Origin: Candidatus Poribacteria bacterium
Lineage (GTDB): Bacteria; Poribacteria; WGA-4E; GCA-2687025
NCBI GenBank assembly: GCA_963665845.2
Contig: OY762492.1
Span: forward strand, 3,467,895-3,531,894
Length of the DNA: 64,000 nt
Reading direction: 5' to 3'
Within the stretch, counting starts at the first letter, position 1, and every line of letters starts with the position of its first letter. This document shows positions 39,704 through 47,682 of the stretch, piece by piece. Both the position numbers and the translations under genes were made by a program. The notes beneath the pieces are model-generated. The model had not been told where the DNA came from. It made no database searches and saw only the letters and a program-made list of their open reading frames with translations.

Positions 39704-40528
39704 GGCAGTACGCTCATACGATGATTATGGTAGAATCCGATTTAAATTGGCTCAACAGGAGAATCGCAAATGGCCCGCCCACGCTCGTATCGTCACGACA
39801 TTCGCTGCATCCACTGCGGATCCAACTGGATGGTGAAAAACGGCAAAGACGGCGAAAAGCAGACATACCTTTGCCAGGATTGCAATACCCGACACACTCC
39901 ATCGGGAAAACGCCGCTGGTATTCGAAAGAAATCAAAGATCAAGCGGTGAAAATGTATGAGAACGGAACCAGCGGTCGCGCCATCGCCCGCATTCTAGGG
40001 GTAAGTCCCAGCGCGGTCTACAGGTGGATCAAAAAAAAAGCTGAACATGCGCTGCGGGTGAGGGAAGAGCGGAGAAAAAACAACCTGAAAAAGCGCATGG
40101 CCAAAGCGATCGCGATCGATGAGATGGTGACTTATCAGCGCGCCCGAAGGGGTCCTGGTCAGAAGAAGGTGTGGATTTGGACCGCGCTCATTGAATGGTT
40201 TGATGGGTCTCTGTCGTTCGATTTTGTCGTTGGAGATCGTACGGCGGAGACCTTTCAGAAGCTCATGGATCGTCTGCCTGTGGCGGAGACGTATCATACG
40301 GATGGATATGGCGTGTATGATGAGATTTCGCGTCGTCATCGTGTCATCGGCAAGGGAGGAAAGGTGAACCGCAACGAGTCGCTTCATTCTCGTCTTCGGG
40401 AGAGTTTATACCGCTTTCGTCGGGGCGCCAAAGGTCTTACGCGGAGCCTCTGGATGCTTGAGGCTTCGATTGCTCTCGTCGCTGTCATGAAAGGGTTTTT
40501 ATGAATATCATCGCCTGTAGAGACTGCC
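39704..40528 (+). mobile_element. IS1-family insertion sequence (about 825 bp) with imperfect terminal inverted repeats
   Basis: Left end GGCAGTACGCTCATACGATGATTATGG. The reverse complement of the right end is GGCAGTCTCTACAGGCGATGATATTCA. It has a single fused InsAB-type ORF and no clean target-site duplication. Confidence 0.75.
39770..40504 (+). CDS. IS1-family transposase (fused zinc-finger/HTH InsA part plus DDE InsB part)
   Basis: CIHCGSNWMVKNGK...YLCQDCNTRH zinc finger. HTH in GRAIARILGVSPSAVYRWIKK. DDE region AIDEMVTY...WIWTALI...GDRTAETF...YHTDGYGVYD...NESLHSRLRE matches the IS1 InsB layout. Confidence 0.85.
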   Translation: MARPRSYRHDIRCIHCGSNWMVKNGKDGEKQTYLCQDCNTRHTPSGKRRWYSKEIKDQAVKMYENGTSGRAIARILGVSPSAVYRWIKKKAEHALRVREERRKNNLKKRMAKAIAIDEMVTYQRARRGPGQKKVWIWTALIEWFDGSLSFDFVVGDRTAETFQKLMDRLPVAETYHTDGYGVYDEISRRHRVIGKGGKVNRNESLHSRLRESLYRFRRGAKGLTRSLWMLEASIALVAVMKGFL

Positions 40529-40685
40529 GTCCAGAACCCTTGCGCTTTACCCGACGTCATTCCCGCGCCCCTCTTCGGCGCCGATCCTACCTGTCGTCAT
40601 TTCCGCGCCCCACTTTCTGTCATTCCCGCGTAAGCGGGAATCTTAAGGCGCCTCATGCAAAGTTAGCGTTCATGTTAGGATTTGA

Positions 40686-41063
40686 TCAGGCGTAGTCGGT
40701 CAACGCGCCTATCAGATACGGCAATTCGGACGCGACGCGCGAGTTGGACGCGACGATGTCGACCCCAAGCTCCTTCGCTTTTTGAAACGCTTCAACGTTC
40801 ATATGGCTTCCGAAGGCGAGCAGCGGCAGCGTCTCGGCAAGCGGTCCCGATTTCACCTCTTCGATGAACCCGACCCAGTCGAACCCGTCTTTGTCCATGG
40901 AGACGAGCGCGGCGGTGAATTCGTTTTCTTTAAGCCGCCGCCGCGCAATCTCTAAGTTGCCCGCCCCGGTCGCTTCATAGCCGAGAACCTTGGCGCCTTC
41001 CAGCAGTTTGGCGAAGAAGAACAGGTCGGCGATGATGAGCAGTTTGCCTTTGCTTTCGGTCAT
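40686..41063 (-). CDS. CheY-like receiver-fold protein, degenerate (stand-alone)
   Basis: A beta-alpha alternation resembling receiver domains (KLLIIADLFF, AALVSMDKDG, LPLLAFGSH). The canonical acidic pocket and Lys are not clearly preserved. The ATG at 41063 abuts the stop of the upstream gene. Confidence 0.35.
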   Translation of the reverse strand: MTESKGKLLIIADLFFFAKLLEGAKVLGYEATGAGNLEIARRRLKENEFTAALVSMDKDGFDWVGFIEEVKSGPLAETLPLLAFGSHMNVEAFQKAKELGVDIVASNSRVASELPYLIGALTDYA

Positions 41064-41608
41064 ACCTTCTCCTTTGGCGTCCATACCGTTTCATCTTGCC
41101 CGCCGCGTATCGCGACGGCGCGCGCCGCGACAAAAAGCAGATCGGACAGGCGGTTCAGATAGATGAGCGCGGACGGATGGACAGGCTCCTTTTCGGCGAG
41201 AGCCGCGACGCGCCGTTCCGCCCGCCTGCAGACGGCCCGCGCGGTATGAAGCGCCGCCGCGGCGCGGTTTCCCCTCGGCAGAATGAACTGTTTCAGCGGC
41301 GGAAGCTCCTTTTCAAGCTGGTCTATGCCGCGCTCAAGGTCCTCCGCCGCGTTCTCGTCCATCATCGGCGAGTCGCTTTTCGGCGCGGCGAGGTCGGCTC
41401 CCAGCTCAAACAGGCGCGCTTGCGACGCGGCCAGAATGTCCAGCAGGTCGCCGTTTCGCGCGTCCAGCTCCGCGTCTGCCGCGCCGAGAAAAGCGTTCAG
41501 CTCGTCCACGGCGCCAATCGCTTCCATGCGGGGCGAACTTTTAGAGATTCGCCCCGCGCCGAAGAGATCGGTCTCTCCGCTGTCGCCGCGCTTGGTGTAA
41601 ATCTTCAC
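41060..41608 (-). CDS. ATP:cob(I)alamin adenosyltransferase, PduO type
   Basis: VKIYTKRGDSGETDLFGAGRISKSSPRMEAIGAVDELNAFLG... is the PduO/MMAB N-terminal signature. GTG start at 41608. The Arg-rich extension in the track ORF was rejected. Confidence 0.85.
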   Translation of the reverse strand: MKIYTKRGDSGETDLFGAGRISKSSPRMEAIGAVDELNAFLGAADAELDARNGDLLDILAASQARLFELGADLAAPKSDSPMMDENAAEDLERGIDQLEKELPPLKQFILPRGNRAAAALHTARAVCRRAERRVAALAEKEPVHPSALIYLNRLSDLLFVAARAVAIRGGQDETVWTPKEKV

Positions 41609-41889
41609 GCGACCGTTTCGGCGGTGTCGCCGTCGTCCGCTTCCTCTTCCGCCTCTTCTTCGATGTCGACCCGTTCGCCGCCGCATGATTCCGCCCGGCG
41701 GGCGCGTTTCTCTTTGGAGAGTTCGACGCAAGCGTCCATCGTCTGGACCGCTTCGTCAACGCACTCGCTGACGCAGGATTTGACGCCCAGCAGCAGCTCC
41801 CGCTTTGCGTTCGTGAAATGTGTAACAAACTCTTCTGGCCAGATGGACAGAAACTCAGATGCCGCTTCTTCAAAGATGCTCGCGCTCAT
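41605..41889 (-). CDS. Small acidic hypothetical protein (94 aa)
   Basis: GGAG RBS followed by ATG 41889. MSASIFEEAASEFLSIWPEEFVTHFTNAKRELLLGVKSCVSECVDEAV...EEEAEEEADDGD. GTGA overlap with the adenosyltransferase start. Confidence 0.5.
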   Translation of the reverse strand: MSASIFEEAASEFLSIWPEEFVTHFTNAKRELLLGVKSCVSECVDEAVQTMDACVELSKEKRARRAESCGGERVDIEEEAEEEADDGDTAETVA

Positions 41890-41917
41890 GTCGTTCTCCT
41901 CATGTGAATGCCTGTCT

Positions 41918-44458
41918 TTAGTATGCCAGCTCCCAGCCGACATAGTAAAGCGCGCCGTTGAAACCAAACGGGGCGGATCGGCGCGAATACGCAAAAACGC
42001 CCGGCGAATCGACAATGATATTGCCGTTCGCGTCCAGGATCGTTCCGCCCCGCGCCTGACCGATCTTGTTCGCGTCCGGCGTCGCATTGAACAGGTTGTT
42101 CGCCCCGAATTTCAGCCGCGCCGTCTCGCTGATGTTGAAAGCGATCTGCGCGTCCGTAACGATCTTGGGCGAATAGGTCTGGCTCCGTCCGCCGTCAATG
42201 ACCGTGTATGCGCCGTAGCGGTGCGCGGCAAGGTCGATGTCCAGCCCTTCGCCTCGATACCGCGCCGACCATGAGAACCGATCTTTCGGCTGCCACGTTT
42301 CAATGATGGAGCGGTCCTGCTCCGAAAAAAGCGATTCAGGCAGATCGGCGGGCAGATTCACATCCGTAATCTCCGTCTCCGTCACATTGCCCGCGACGCT
42401 CAAAGTCAGAATGCCGCTCTCGCCGACCGGCTGCATGTAGGTTGCCACCACATCCATGCCGTTCGTTTCGGTGTCCGCGGCGTTCATGAAGAACTGCGCC
42501 CCGGCGACGCCTGCGGACGAAAGCGCGGTTCGCACAGCGTCGGGAAGCGAGTCGTCGCCCGCTTGCGCGCGTCCGCTGATGATGATGCGGTCTTCAATGG
42601 CGATGCGGTACACATCCGCCGTCACGGTGAATTGCGAATGCGGACGCATAATGACGCCCCCGCCGATATTGACAGCGGTCTCTTCGCTCAGCTCCGGCAC
42701 TCCGACCGCCTTCGCGATCTCGCTGTCGTTGCGGAAGGTGCCAATCTCCTGCGGAATGTTTTCGCCCGTCACAGGGTCAATGTTGAACTGCGTGCTGACA
42801 TTGTTGAAATACAGCTGCTGCATGGACGGCGCCCGAAAGCCGGTGCTGATGGAGGATCGGAACGCCAGCTCCTCGGTCAGTTCCAGCCGCGCGGCGATCT
42901 TGCCGTTGGCGGTCGCGCCGAAGTCGCTGTAATTTTCAACGCGGACGGCGGGGCTAATCAGAAACGACTCGCTCAAATTCAGCTCAAGGTCGGCGTATCC
43001 GGAGATTGCCGTGCGGTCTTCGTCCACAACGTTCGTCGGCTGAAAACCAGGGAAGACCTGAATGCCGCCGGAGGCTCCGCCTGGGCCGTCGTAGTCTTTA
43101 TAGGACAGCTCCTCGCCCTCTCGAATTTCATAGCTGTCAAGGCGGAATTCGGCGCCCCAAGCCAGATGCCCCGCGTCCATGAACGGGTACGCGAAATCAA
43201 GATTGGCGGTCGTCAACCCAAGCTGCAGTCCGCCCGCGTCCGCCGACGTTTCGTCAGGGTCAGGACCGTTCGCGGCGACGCGCGAGGCGTTGTGCGAATT
43301 GCTGATGGTGAAGTCGAACGTGTTCAGCCCGCCCGAAAGGCTTGCGTCGATTCGCATGCCGTTCTCCAGCTCTTTTTCCGCCCCAAGCGCGACCGAATAA
43401 TCAAAGACGTCCGTATTGATGAGCGGAAGAAAGCCGTCCGGATAGAGCGAGCCTTCAGGGTTTCTATCCAGCTGATTGGCGCGGCGGTAGAATCCCGCGC
43501 TTTCGTTGTTTCGGGACGAGATGTCAAAGGAACCGTACAGGTTGTATCCGCCCGCCGGCAGCGATCCGTTCAAGACCAGCGCATACTGCGTGGAGGCGGC
43601 GTCGCCCAGTCGGAAGTTGAGTCGGTCAAATTTCGCCTCTTTGCTTCCGGGGTCCGATTCGATCATTGGCGGATCGCTGCCTTCCACAAGCGTTGTGCTT
43701 GGAAATTGAACGTTGCCGGTGAGGCCGGCGCGGTTGGTCGCTTCTCTGTCGCGGAATTCTGCCGCGATATGCAGCGCGCCTTCTTTTCCGAGCCGCAGGC
43801 TGTGGTAGGCGTTCAGGAGCGTTGTCGCGCCGTCGCCTTCATGGGTGATCCCGTAAGAGGTGGAAAAACCGCCGCCGAACTCGTCTTTCAGGATGATGTT
43901 CATAACGCCGGCGATGGCGTCGGTGCCGTACTGGGCGGAGGCGCCGTCGCGCAAAATCTCGATGCGCTGGATGGCGGCGGCGGGTATCGCGTTCATGTCG
44001 ACGCCGGCGGTTCCGCGTCCGACGGAGGTGTTGACATGGATGAGCGCGCTGCCGTGGCGCCGTTTTCCGTTCACCAGAACCAGCGCCTGGTCAGGTCCGA
44101 GGCCGCGCAGCGTCGCCGGACGGAGCGCGTCGGTGCCGTCGGAGATGGAGGAGCTGGAGAAGTTGAAAGAGGGCGCGAGCGTTTGCAGGATGCGCCCCAG
44201 TTCAGTATGCCCCGTTTGCCGCATCTGCGTTTCGGTGATCACATCCACAGGGGCGGGCGAGTCGAGTCGGCTGCGTTCAGGAGCGCGCGTCCCGACCGTG
44301 ACGACAGGGTCTAACTCCGCGTCGGTTTCGGTTGACGATTCCGTTTCTTCGGTAGTTTCCTCTTCTTCATGCTGGTCGGCTTGTAGAGCCGCGCCAAAGA
44401 GCATCGACGCAAAAGCCGCTGTCCAAAAGACATATATCCATCGTTCAGTTCGCTTCAT
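41918..44458 (-). CDS. TonB-dependent outer-membrane receptor
   Basis: Start at MKRTERWIYVFWTAAFASMLFGAALQA (signal peptide). Plug domain (VDVITETQMRQTGHTELGRILQTLAPSF, RGLGPDQALVLVNGKR, IQRIEILRDGASAQYGTDAIAGVMNIILK). C-terminal barrel ending in aromatic ...YYVGWELAY. Confidence 0.9.
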   Translation of the reverse strand: MKRTERWIYVFWTAAFASMLFGAALQADQHEEEETTEETESSTETDAELDPVVTVGTRAPERSRLDSPAPVDVITETQMRQTGHTELGRILQTLAPSFNFSSSSISDGTDALRPATLRGLGPDQALVLVNGKRRHGSALIHVNTSVGRGTAGVDMNAIPAAAIQRIEILRDGASAQYGTDAIAGVMNIILKDEFGGGFSTSYGITHEGDGATTLLNAYHSLRLGKEGALHIAAEFRDREATNRAGLTGNVQFPSTTLVEGSDPPMIESDPGSKEAKFDRLNFRLGDAASTQYALVLNGSLPAGGYNLYGSFDISSRNNESAGFYRRANQLDRNPEGSLYPDGFLPLINTDVFDYSVALGAEKELENGMRIDASLSGGLNTFDFTISNSHNASRVAANGPDPDETSADAGGLQLGLTTANLDFAYPFMDAGHLAWGAEFRLDSYEIREGEELSYKDYDGPGGASGGIQVFPGFQPTNVVDEDRTAISGYADLELNLSESFLISPAVRVENYSDFGATANGKIAARLELTEELAFRSSISTGFRAPSMQQLYFNNVSTQFNIDPVTGENIPQEIGTFRNDSEIAKAVGVPELSEETAVNIGGGVIMRPHSQFTVTADVYRIAIEDRIIISGRAQAGDDSLPDAVRTALSSAGVAGAQFFMNAADTETNGMDVVATYMQPVGESGILTLSVAGNVTETEITDVNLPADLPESLFSEQDRSIIETWQPKDRFSWSARYRGEGLDIDLAAHRYGAYTVIDGGRSQTYSPKIVTDAQIAFNISETARLKFGANNLFNATPDANKIGQARGGTILDANGNIIVDSPGVFAYSRRSAPFGFNGALYYVGWELAY

Positions 44459-44558
44459 GAGACATCCTCTCCGCTTTCCGTAGACCGTCCAAAATGAACC
44501 GATTTTCGCATGAGAGTATAACGGCAATCGGGCTGCGCGTCTATATTGGCGTTTCTGA

Positions 44559-44713
44559 GGCAGTACCTACAGGCGATGATATGCATTTTTGCGCGACTGC
44601 CTGCGGATCCAGGCCGTCATTCCCGCGCAAGCGGGAATCCAGAGTTTTTCCATAGAGCCTTCGCATTCCAAAACGGCGCTCTAAAATCGAAATCATCGCC
44701 TATAGAGACTGCC
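44559..44713. mobile_element. MITE type I (IS1-type TIRs), 155 bp, flanked by the 8-bp direct repeat GTTTCTGA
   Basis: GGCAGTACCTACAGGCGATGAT (44559-) and ATCATCGCCTATAGAGACTGCC (-44713). GTTTCTGA occurs at 44551-44558 and 44714-44721. The internal hairpin ATTCCCGCGCAAGCGGGAAT is at 44619-44638. Confidence 0.8.
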
Positions 44714-44721
44714 GTTTCTGA

Positions 44722-44881
44722 GGCAGTACGCTCATGCGATGGACTTCATTTTGACCTTAAAGCGTTGGCGCCGCTTGTCGTCATTCCCGCCCTTGCGATA
44801 AAACGTGCGGGAATCTAGAGGCGTTTCAGAAGACGTCCGCATTCGCCAGGCGGAATGTCCCAACTAAAGATGTGATGTCGG
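44722..44881. repeat. Chimeric mosaic element (IS1-type IR at the left, type II TIR at the right)
   Basis: GGCAGTACGCTCATGCGATGG at 44722-. Long-loop hairpin CATTCCCGCCCTTGCGATAAAACGTGCGGGAATC. It ends in GGAATGTCCCAACTAAAGATGTGATGTCGG. The layout is the same as 35974-36120 plus 37665-37749, and inverted it matches 9741-9982. Confidence 0.65.
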
Positions 44882-44888
44882 AAGCTTG

Positions 44889-45056
44889 CTGACCTTATGC
44901 TTAAAGTTGGGACATTTGAACCGACGATCGCTCTATTCATGGGAAAAAGGCGCCGCCAACCAGACCGTCATTCCCGCGTAAGCGGGAATCTAGAGGCGCC
45001 GCAGAAGACGTCCGCGTTCGCATGCCGACATGTCCCAACTTAAGACGTAAGGTCAG
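44889..45056 (+). mobile_element. MITE type II, complete 168-bp copy
   Basis: CTGACCTTATGCTTAAAGTTGGGACATTTGAAC...GTCATTCCCGCGTAAGCGGGAATCTAGAGGCGCCGCAGAAGACGTCCGCGTTCGCATGCCGACATGTCCCAACTTAAGACGTAAGGTCAG. The termini are inverted repeats of each other. Confidence 0.8.
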
Positions 45057-45066
45057 AAGCTTGCAG

Positions 45067-45095
45067 TTGACAGCCGGCGCATGATCAGGCATACT
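45067..45095 (+). promoter_or_regulatory. Candidate sigma70-type promoter of rpsT
   Basis: TTGACA (45067-45072), a 17-nt spacer, then CATACT (45090-45095). It lies 30 nt upstream of the rpsT ATG and 11 nt after the MITE end. Confidence 0.4.
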
Positions 45096-45124
45096 TTAAA
45101 CAACTTTGACCTAGGAATAAGCGA

Positions 45125-45448
45125 ATGTCTCGACGAACAGCGGAGAAGAAATACACCAGCACTGAAGAGCGCGTCGCCTATAAAAACCGCGTCAAGCGGA
45201 GCATCATCGCAAATGCGGAGAGGAAGCGGCTGCGAAACCGTCGCGTCATGTCGTCGCTGCGGACCGCTCTCAAAAAGGCGCGGTTCAACATCGCCGCCCA
45301 GAGCGAAGACGCCCAAGAAAGCGTCCTGCGCGCCGTCAGCCTTCTCGACAAAGCGGCGAAAAAAGGCGTCATCAAAAAGCGAACGGCGAACCGCAACAAG
45401 TCGCGGTTGATGAAACGGCATCATCTCGAAACGATCCGCGCCGAGTGA
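45125..45448 (+). CDS. rpsT: 30S ribosomal protein S20 (with about 20-aa N-terminal extension)
   Basis: RVKRSIIANAERKRLRNRRVMSSLRTALKKA...LLDKAAKKGVIKKRTANRNKSRLMK matches the S20 pattern (KSAxKR...N...S..RT..KK...D.A..KG.IH.N.A.R.KS.L). Confidence 0.85.
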   Translation: MSRRTAEKKYTSTEERVAYKNRVKRSIIANAERKRLRNRRVMSSLRTALKKARFNIAAQSEDAQESVLRAVSLLDKAAKKGVIKKRTANRNKSRLMKRHHLETIRAE

Positions 45449-45500
45449 GCGTTTAGACGCGCCTTGGTTTCGATTCCCCCTTGAAAACAGGAGCGTTCGG

Positions 45501-46109
45501 TTGCGGTACTACCCTGAGAATCTCGCGCGTTTGTTGACGGAGCTGCGCAAGCTCCCTGGCGTGGGCGAGAAGACTGCGCAGCGTCTTGCGTTTCATATGC
45601 TGCGCGAGCCGGCGGAAGATATTCGCCGCCTCGGCAATTTGATTGCAGAGTTGCATGATCATCTGACGCGGTGCGATGTGTGCGGCAGTTTCACCGACAA
45701 GGCGCAGAACCCGTGCAGAATCTGCGAAAGCCCCAACCGCGACCGCAGCGCGATCTGCGTTGTGGAGAAGCCGGACGACATCGCCGTCTTTGAGCGCATG
45801 GGCAGCTACCGCGGGCTTTACCATGTGCTGGGCGGCGTCCTGTCCGCGTTGAACCATGTCCGCCCCGACGATCTGCGCATACCGGAGCTGCTGTCGCGCG
45901 TGAAGAAGGAGCAGACGGCGGAGGTGATCTTGGCGCTGAATCCGAGCGTGGAGGGCAACGCGACCGTCACCTACCTGTCGCGCCAGCTGGAGCCGCTGCC
46001 CGCGCGCGTGACGCAGATCGCATACGGCATTCCGATCGGAAGCGAGATCGAGTATGTGGACGAGGTGACGTTGAACCGCGCCTTGGAGAGCCGAAGCGAT
46101 GTGCCTTAA
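45501..46109 (+). CDS. recR: Recombination protein RecR
   Basis: TTG start. LPGVGEKTAQRLAFHML helix-hairpin-helix. A C4 zinc finger (CDVCGSFTDKAQNPCRIC). Toprim region ICVVEKPDDIAVFE. GIPIGSEIEYVDEVTL. Confidence 0.9.
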   Translation: MRYYPENLARLLTELRKLPGVGEKTAQRLAFHMLREPAEDIRRLGNLIAELHDHLTRCDVCGSFTDKAQNPCRICESPNRDRSAICVVEKPDDIAVFERMGSYRGLYHVLGGVLSALNHVRPDDLRIPELLSRVKKEQTAEVILALNPSVEGNATVTYLSRQLEPLPARVTQIAYGIPIGSEIEYVDEVTLNRALESRSDVP

Positions 46110-46989
46110 GAAGAGTCTCTCGGCAATTCTCGCGCTTTTTTTATGGGCGGGATTTCACACGCGCGCGCAGCAAATCCCGCAGATAGACGCCGACCGCGCG
46201 ATGGCGTACTTGACGGCGCAAACGGACCTCGGACCCCGCAACCCAGGCTCGGACGGACACAAGGCGGGGCGCGACTATCTCGCCGCCGAGCTGAAAAAAT
46301 GGGCGGACGAGGTACATCTTCAGCCGTTCACCCACAAAAAGATTGAGATGTGGAACATCGCTGCAACTTTCGGCGAGGGGGAGAATCCTGTCCTGCTGTG
46401 CGCCCACTGGGACACGCGCCCGTTCGCCGAGCATGACCCGAAGAAAGAGAATCGCAAAACGCCTATTTTAGGGGCGAACGACGGCGCTTCCGGCGTCGCG
46501 GTACTTCTTGAGATGGCGCGTCAATTTCATGCGGCGCCGCTTCCGTATCCTGTCGTCATCGTGTTGTTTGACGGGGAAGATTACGGTCCGACGACCGATG
46601 AGATGTTTCTCGGCTCCACCTACTACGCCGCGAATCCGATTCCGTCCAAGCCCCGCTTTGCGATTCTGCTCGACATGGTTGGGGACGCCGATTTGTCGAT
46701 ACCGGTAGAGCCGTTTTCGTATCGGGCGGCGCCGGAGCTGGTGAAAGGCGTATGGAAAACGGCGCATGAAATCGGCGCGGACGCCTTCGTCGAACGAATG
46801 GGTCCGGCGATACTGGACGACCATATTCCGCTCATCAAGGCGGGCATTCCCGCCATCGACATCATCGATTTCTCATACCCGCACTGGCACACCATCGCGG
46901 ACACTCCCGACAAATGCTCCGCTCAAAGTTTGAAAACGGTAGGGGATGTTGTGCTGCGGTATCTGTTCACGCGCGTGTCGCCTCCATGA
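46099..46989 (+). CDS. M28-family metallopeptidase / glutaminyl-cyclase-like protein
   Basis: Signal peptide MCLKKSLSAILALFLWAG. CAHWDTRPFAEHD, GANDGASGVAVLLEMAR, VLFDGEDYG and HWHTIADT are M28/QC zinc-ligand blocks. Confidence 0.8.
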   Translation: MCLKKSLSAILALFLWAGFHTRAQQIPQIDADRAMAYLTAQTDLGPRNPGSDGHKAGRDYLAAELKKWADEVHLQPFTHKKIEMWNIAATFGEGENPVLLCAHWDTRPFAEHDPKKENRKTPILGANDGASGVAVLLEMARQFHAAPLPYPVVIVLFDGEDYGPTTDEMFLGSTYYAANPIPSKPRFAILLDMVGDADLSIPVEPFSYRAAPELVKGVWKTAHEIGADAFVERMGPAILDDHIPLIKAGIPAIDIIDFSYPHWHTIADTPDKCSAQSLKTVGDVVLRYLFTRVSPP

Positions 46990-47630
46990 CGGCGGCGGAG
47001 GCAATTCGAGAGGCGTTCTCGGAGGCGTCTCTTCCGCTTTCGGATCGTCAAGCGCGCGCGTTTACGGCGCATGCGGAGCTGATGCTGCGCTGGAATCGGA
47101 CGCATAATTTGACGCGGATCGCGACGCCTGCCCAGATTGCGCGGCGCCATTTTTTGGACTCGGCGGCTGTTCTTGACCATGTTGATGCGCCGTCTGGAGC
47201 GTTGACTGCGGACATCGGATCGGGGGCGGGGTTTCCAGGGCTTGCGGTGGCGGCGTACCGCCCGGATCTGCGCGTTCGTCTTTTTGAGTCGTCCTCCAAA
47301 AAAGCCTCCTTTTTAATGGCGGCGCTGCCGGCGGTCGGCGCCGGCAACGTTCAGGTTGAGCATACCCGCTTGACGGTCGGCGCGTCCATAGCGAACAGCG
47401 GCGCGTATGATCTTATTCTGTCCCGTTATACAGGCTCGCTGGAATGGCTGGGTCGATTGAGCGGGCAAATGTTGAAATCGGGCGGATGGCTTGCGGCGCA
47501 TAAGTTTGACGACGCGGACGAACGGGAGGCGCTGGCGCGTTTCCCGGACGAGTTTGGCGCGCGGCATGTAGAATGGCGCTCTGACGCCCGTTTGGACGCG
47601 CGGCGCCGTTTTGCGCTGGCGCAGTTTTGA
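46986..47630 (+). CDS. rsmG: 16S rRNA (guanine527-N7)-methyltransferase
   Basis: The ATG at 46986 forms an ATGA overlap with the peptidase stop. LMLRWNRTHNLTRI and DIGSGAGFPGLAVA are RsmG/GidB motifs. Confidence 0.85.
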   Translation: MTAAEAIREAFSEASLPLSDRQARAFTAHAELMLRWNRTHNLTRIATPAQIARRHFLDSAAVLDHVDAPSGALTADIGSGAGFPGLAVAAYRPDLRVRLFESSSKKASFLMAALPAVGAGNVQVEHTRLTVGASIANSGAYDLILSRYTGSLEWLGRLSGQMLKSGGWLAAHKFDDADEREALARFPDEFGARHVEWRSDARLDARRRFALAQF

Positions 47631-47682
47631 GCGCGCGGGCGTTTGGCGCTAAACTGAAGACCATTCGGCGCTGGACAAAACG

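Noticed and set aside
39696-40536. Searched for a target-site duplication around the intact IS1-family element.
   Set aside because: The flanks (CACGGCAG on the left, GTCCAGAA on the right) do not match. Either the ends are mis-set by a few bases, the TSD has decayed, or a rearrangement between two copies occurred.
44459-44558. Looked for a cobalamin riboswitch in the leader of the TonB receptor / PduO operon.
   Set aside because: Only about 100 nt are available before the MITE, and no B12-box-like sequence is seen. This cannot be excluded without a covariance-model scan of the wider region.
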